Part shown: positions 61,744-64,000 of the stretch, in pieces
Layout: every line of letters begins with the position of its first letter
Numbering within the stretch: position 1 is the first letter of the stretch
Source: an uncultured Gemmatimonadales bacterium
Lineage (GTDB): Bacteria; Gemmatimonadota; Gemmatimonadetes; Gemmatimonadales; Gemmatimonadaceae
Assembly: GCA_963701965.1 (NCBI GenBank)
Contig: OY969695.1
Coordinates: 1,408,001 to 1,472,000 of the forward strand
Length of the DNA: 64,000 nucleotides
Direction: 5' to 3'
Position numbers and translations under genes: made by a program
Notes under the pieces: model-generated
The model's input: only the letters and a program-made list of their open reading frames with translations
What the model was told of the DNA's origin: nothing
Databases searched by the model: none

Positions 61744-64000
61744 TCACCCGGCCTTTCGCCGGGTACGCCGCCCGAGCAAGGTGCGTAGGTACTGCCCCGT
61801 GTACGAGGCCTCCACCGCCGCCACGTCCTCGGGAGTCCCGGCCGCCACGACCGTCCCGCCACGGGCCCCGCCTTCGGGCCCCAAATCAATGATCCAGTCG
61901 GCGGTCTTGATCACGTCGAGGTTGTGCTCGATCACCAGCACCGTATTGCCCCGATCGACCAACCGGTGCAGCACGTCGAGCAGCAGCCGCACATCCTCGA
62001 AGTGCAATCCGGTCGTCGGTTCGTCGAGAATATAAAAGGTTCGCCCTGTGTCGCGCTTCGACAGCTCCGTGGCGAGCTTCACCCGCTGGGCTTCGCCACC
62101 CGACAGGGTCGTCGCGCTCTGCCCCAAATGGATGTATCCGAGCCCGACGTCGCGCAGGGTCTCCAGCTTCTGGCTGATGCGCGGCTGATTCGCGAAGAAC
62201 GTGCATCCGTCCTCGACGGTCATCTCCAGCACATCGGCAATGCTCGCGCCCCGAAACCGCACTTCCAGGGTCTCGCGGTTGAATCGCTTGCCCTTGCACA
62301 CATCGCAAGGCACGAAGACGTCGGGCAGGAAGTGCATCTCGATCTTCACGAGACCGTCGCCCTGACACGCCTCGCACCGCCCGCCTTTCACGTTGAACGA
62401 GAACCGTCCGGGTCCGTACCCGCGAATCTTCGCCTCCGGCATCTCGGCGAACAACTCGCGAATCGGCGTGAAGAGCCCGGTGTACGTCGCGGGATTCGAC
62501 CGGGGGGTCCGGCCAATCGGACTCTGGTCGATATCAATGACCTTGTCGAGATGCTCCAGTCCCGTGATGCGATCGTAGGCGCCTGGGATGACACGGGCCC
62601 GATAAAAGTGCCGCGCCATGGACCGGTGCAGGATGTCCTCGATCAACGTCGACTTCCCGGAACCCGACACGCCGGTCACGGCCACGAAGCACCCCAGGGG
62701 GATGTCGACCGAGATGTCGCGCAGATTGTGCTCCCGGGCTCCTTCGATCCGCAGGTGTCGGCCAGGCTCGGGCGACCGGCGCACCGGCGGGATCCGGATC
62801 GCCAACTCGCCCTTGAGATAGCGGCCCGTCAACGAATCCGGCGTCTCGAGGACATCCTCGATCGTGCCCTCGGCGACGACCAGCCCGCCGTGCTTGCCGG
62901 CCCCGGGGCCGAGATCGATGATGTAGTCGGCCGCGCGCATCGTCTCCTCGTCGTGCTCGACGACGATGACGGTGTTCCCCAGATCCCGGAGCCGCGCCAG
63001 CGTCGCCAGGAGCCGGGCGTTGTCGCGCTGATGGAGACCGATCGACGGCTCGTCGAGGATATACAACACGCCGACCAGGCGCGATCCGATCTGCGTCGCC
63101 AGGCGGATGCGCTGCGCCTCGCCGCCGGACAGGGATTCGGCGGACCGGTTGACGGTCAGGTAGTCGAGCCCGACGTCCACCAGGAACCGCAGGCGCTCGC
63201 GGACTTCCTTGAGAATCGGCCCCGCGATCTCCGACTGCTTGAGCGAGAGCGAGTCGAAAAACCGCTCCGCCTCGGCCACGGACAGCTCGGTGACGTCGCC
63301 AATGTTCCGGTCGGCGATCGTCACCGCCAGCGACTCGGGCTTGAGCCGCCGGCCGCCGCACGCCGAGCACGGCACCGAGACCATATACTGCGCCAACTCC
63401 AGACGCACCGCATCCGACTCCGTCTCGTCGTGCCGACGCTGGATGTTGGAGATGATGCCTTCCCACTTGGCCGCATCGCCGCCGGACACGCCGTGCAACA
63501 ACACGTCGCGGACCGAGGGCGGCAGCTGTCCCCACGGCACGTTGAGATCGAACTTGTACCGCTTGGCCAATCCGGGCAGGATCACTTTCCGGAGATACCC
63601 ATCGGGCTCGCCCCACGGCAGGATCACGCCTTCCAGCAACGAGATGCTGGGATCGCCGAGAATGAGCGCGTCGCTTACCTGGCGGCGCACGCCCAGACCA
63701 CTGCAGGCGGGGCACGCGCCAAACGGCGAATTGAACGAGAACTGCCGCGGCTCCAGCTCGCTCAAGGCGATGCCGCAGGTCGGACACCCATACCGCTCGG
63801 AGAACAGTTGGGGCTCGCCCGACCCCGCACGCGACACCTCGACCAGGCCGTCGGCCAATCGCAATGCGGTCTCCAGCGAGTCGACCAGCCGATTGCGATC
63901 CTCGGCGCGCACGGTCAGGCGATCGACGATCACCGAGAGACTATGGTTCTGCCGGCGGTTGAGCTTGGGCGGGTCGGACAACTCGATCAGGGACCCGTCG
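61744..64000 (-). CDS. uvrA: Excinuclease ABC subunit A (5' part outside window)
   Basis: FSFNSPFGAC, LSGGEAQRIRLATQIG, TGVSGSGKS, IGRTPRSNP. Confidence 0.98.
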   Translation of the reverse strand, partial: DGSLIELSDPPKLNRRQNHSLSVIVDRLTVRAEDRNRLVDSLETALRLADGLVEVSRAGSGEPQLFSERYGCPTCGIALSELEPRQFSFNSPFGACPACSGLGVRRQVSDALILGDPSISLLEGVILPWGEPDGYLRKVILPGLAKRYKFDLNVPWGQLPPSVRDVLLHGVSGGDAAKWEGIISNIQRRHDETESDAVRLELAQYMVSVPCSACGGRRLKPESLAVTIADRNIGDVTELSVAEAERFFDSLSLKQSEIAGPILKEVRERLRFLVDVGLDYLTVNRSAESLSGGEAQRIRLATQIGSRLVGVLYILDEPSIGLHQRDNARLLATLARLRDLGNTVIVVEHDEETMRAADYIIDLGPGAGKHGGLVVAEGTIEDVLETPDSLTGRYLKGELAIRIPPVRRSPEPGRHLRIEGAREHNLRDISVDIPLGCFVAVTGVSGSGKSTLIEDILHRSMARHFYRARVIPGAYDRITGLEHLDKVIDIDQSPIGRTPRSNPATYTGLFTPIRELFAEMPEAKIRGYGPGRFSFNVKGGRCEACQGDGLVKIEMHFLPDVFVPCDVCKGKRFNRETLEVRFRGASIADVLEMTVEDGCTFFANQPRISQKLETLRDVGLGYIHLGQSATTLSGGEAQRVKLATELSKRDTGRTFYILDEPTTGLHFEDVRLLLDVLHRLVDRGNTVLVIEHNLDVIKTADWIIDLGPEGGARGGTVVAAGTPEDVAAVEASYTGQYLRTLLGRRTRRKAG

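Overview
High-GC bacterial chromosome segment; protein style suggests Gemmatimonadota (inference). It is almost entirely minus-strand and dominated by core translation and transcription genes. In transcription order: partial uvrA, a YbjN/CesT-like gene, pspA, an AI-2E transporter, a small four-gene cluster (secreted 4-Cys peptide, CGHC thioredoxin-fold protein, degenerate ABC ATPase, membrane protein), cysS, tRNA-Thr/Tyr/Gly/Thr, tuf, rpmG, secE, nusG, rplKAJL, rpoBC, an inserted six-gene MoxR/DUF58/BatA/DUF4159 operon, rpsL-rpsG-fusA-tuf, the S10/spc operons through secY-adk-map, and a GNAT. On the + strand are suhB-ftcD and an AsmA-like gene. The minus-strand run then resumes with trpS, M28 peptidase, purA, ypdA-like reductase, glyQS, M3 peptidase, a histidine kinase and a tightly coupled cluster (small protein, ubiquitin-like protein, HDAC, methyltransferase, orphan GvpL/F, Zn-ribbon Ser/Thr kinase). 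Six genes (purA, trpS, rpoB, secE, AI-2E, YbjN-like) carry single-base indels in short homopolymers, most likely sequencing errors. Best novelty candidates: the twin-CX7C secreted peptide cluster (57310-59112), the protein-modification cluster (1705-5720), a promoter-driven structured leader between rpsG and fusA, and low-complexity tails on many ribosomal proteins. No CRISPR array, rRNA or mobile element was seen.
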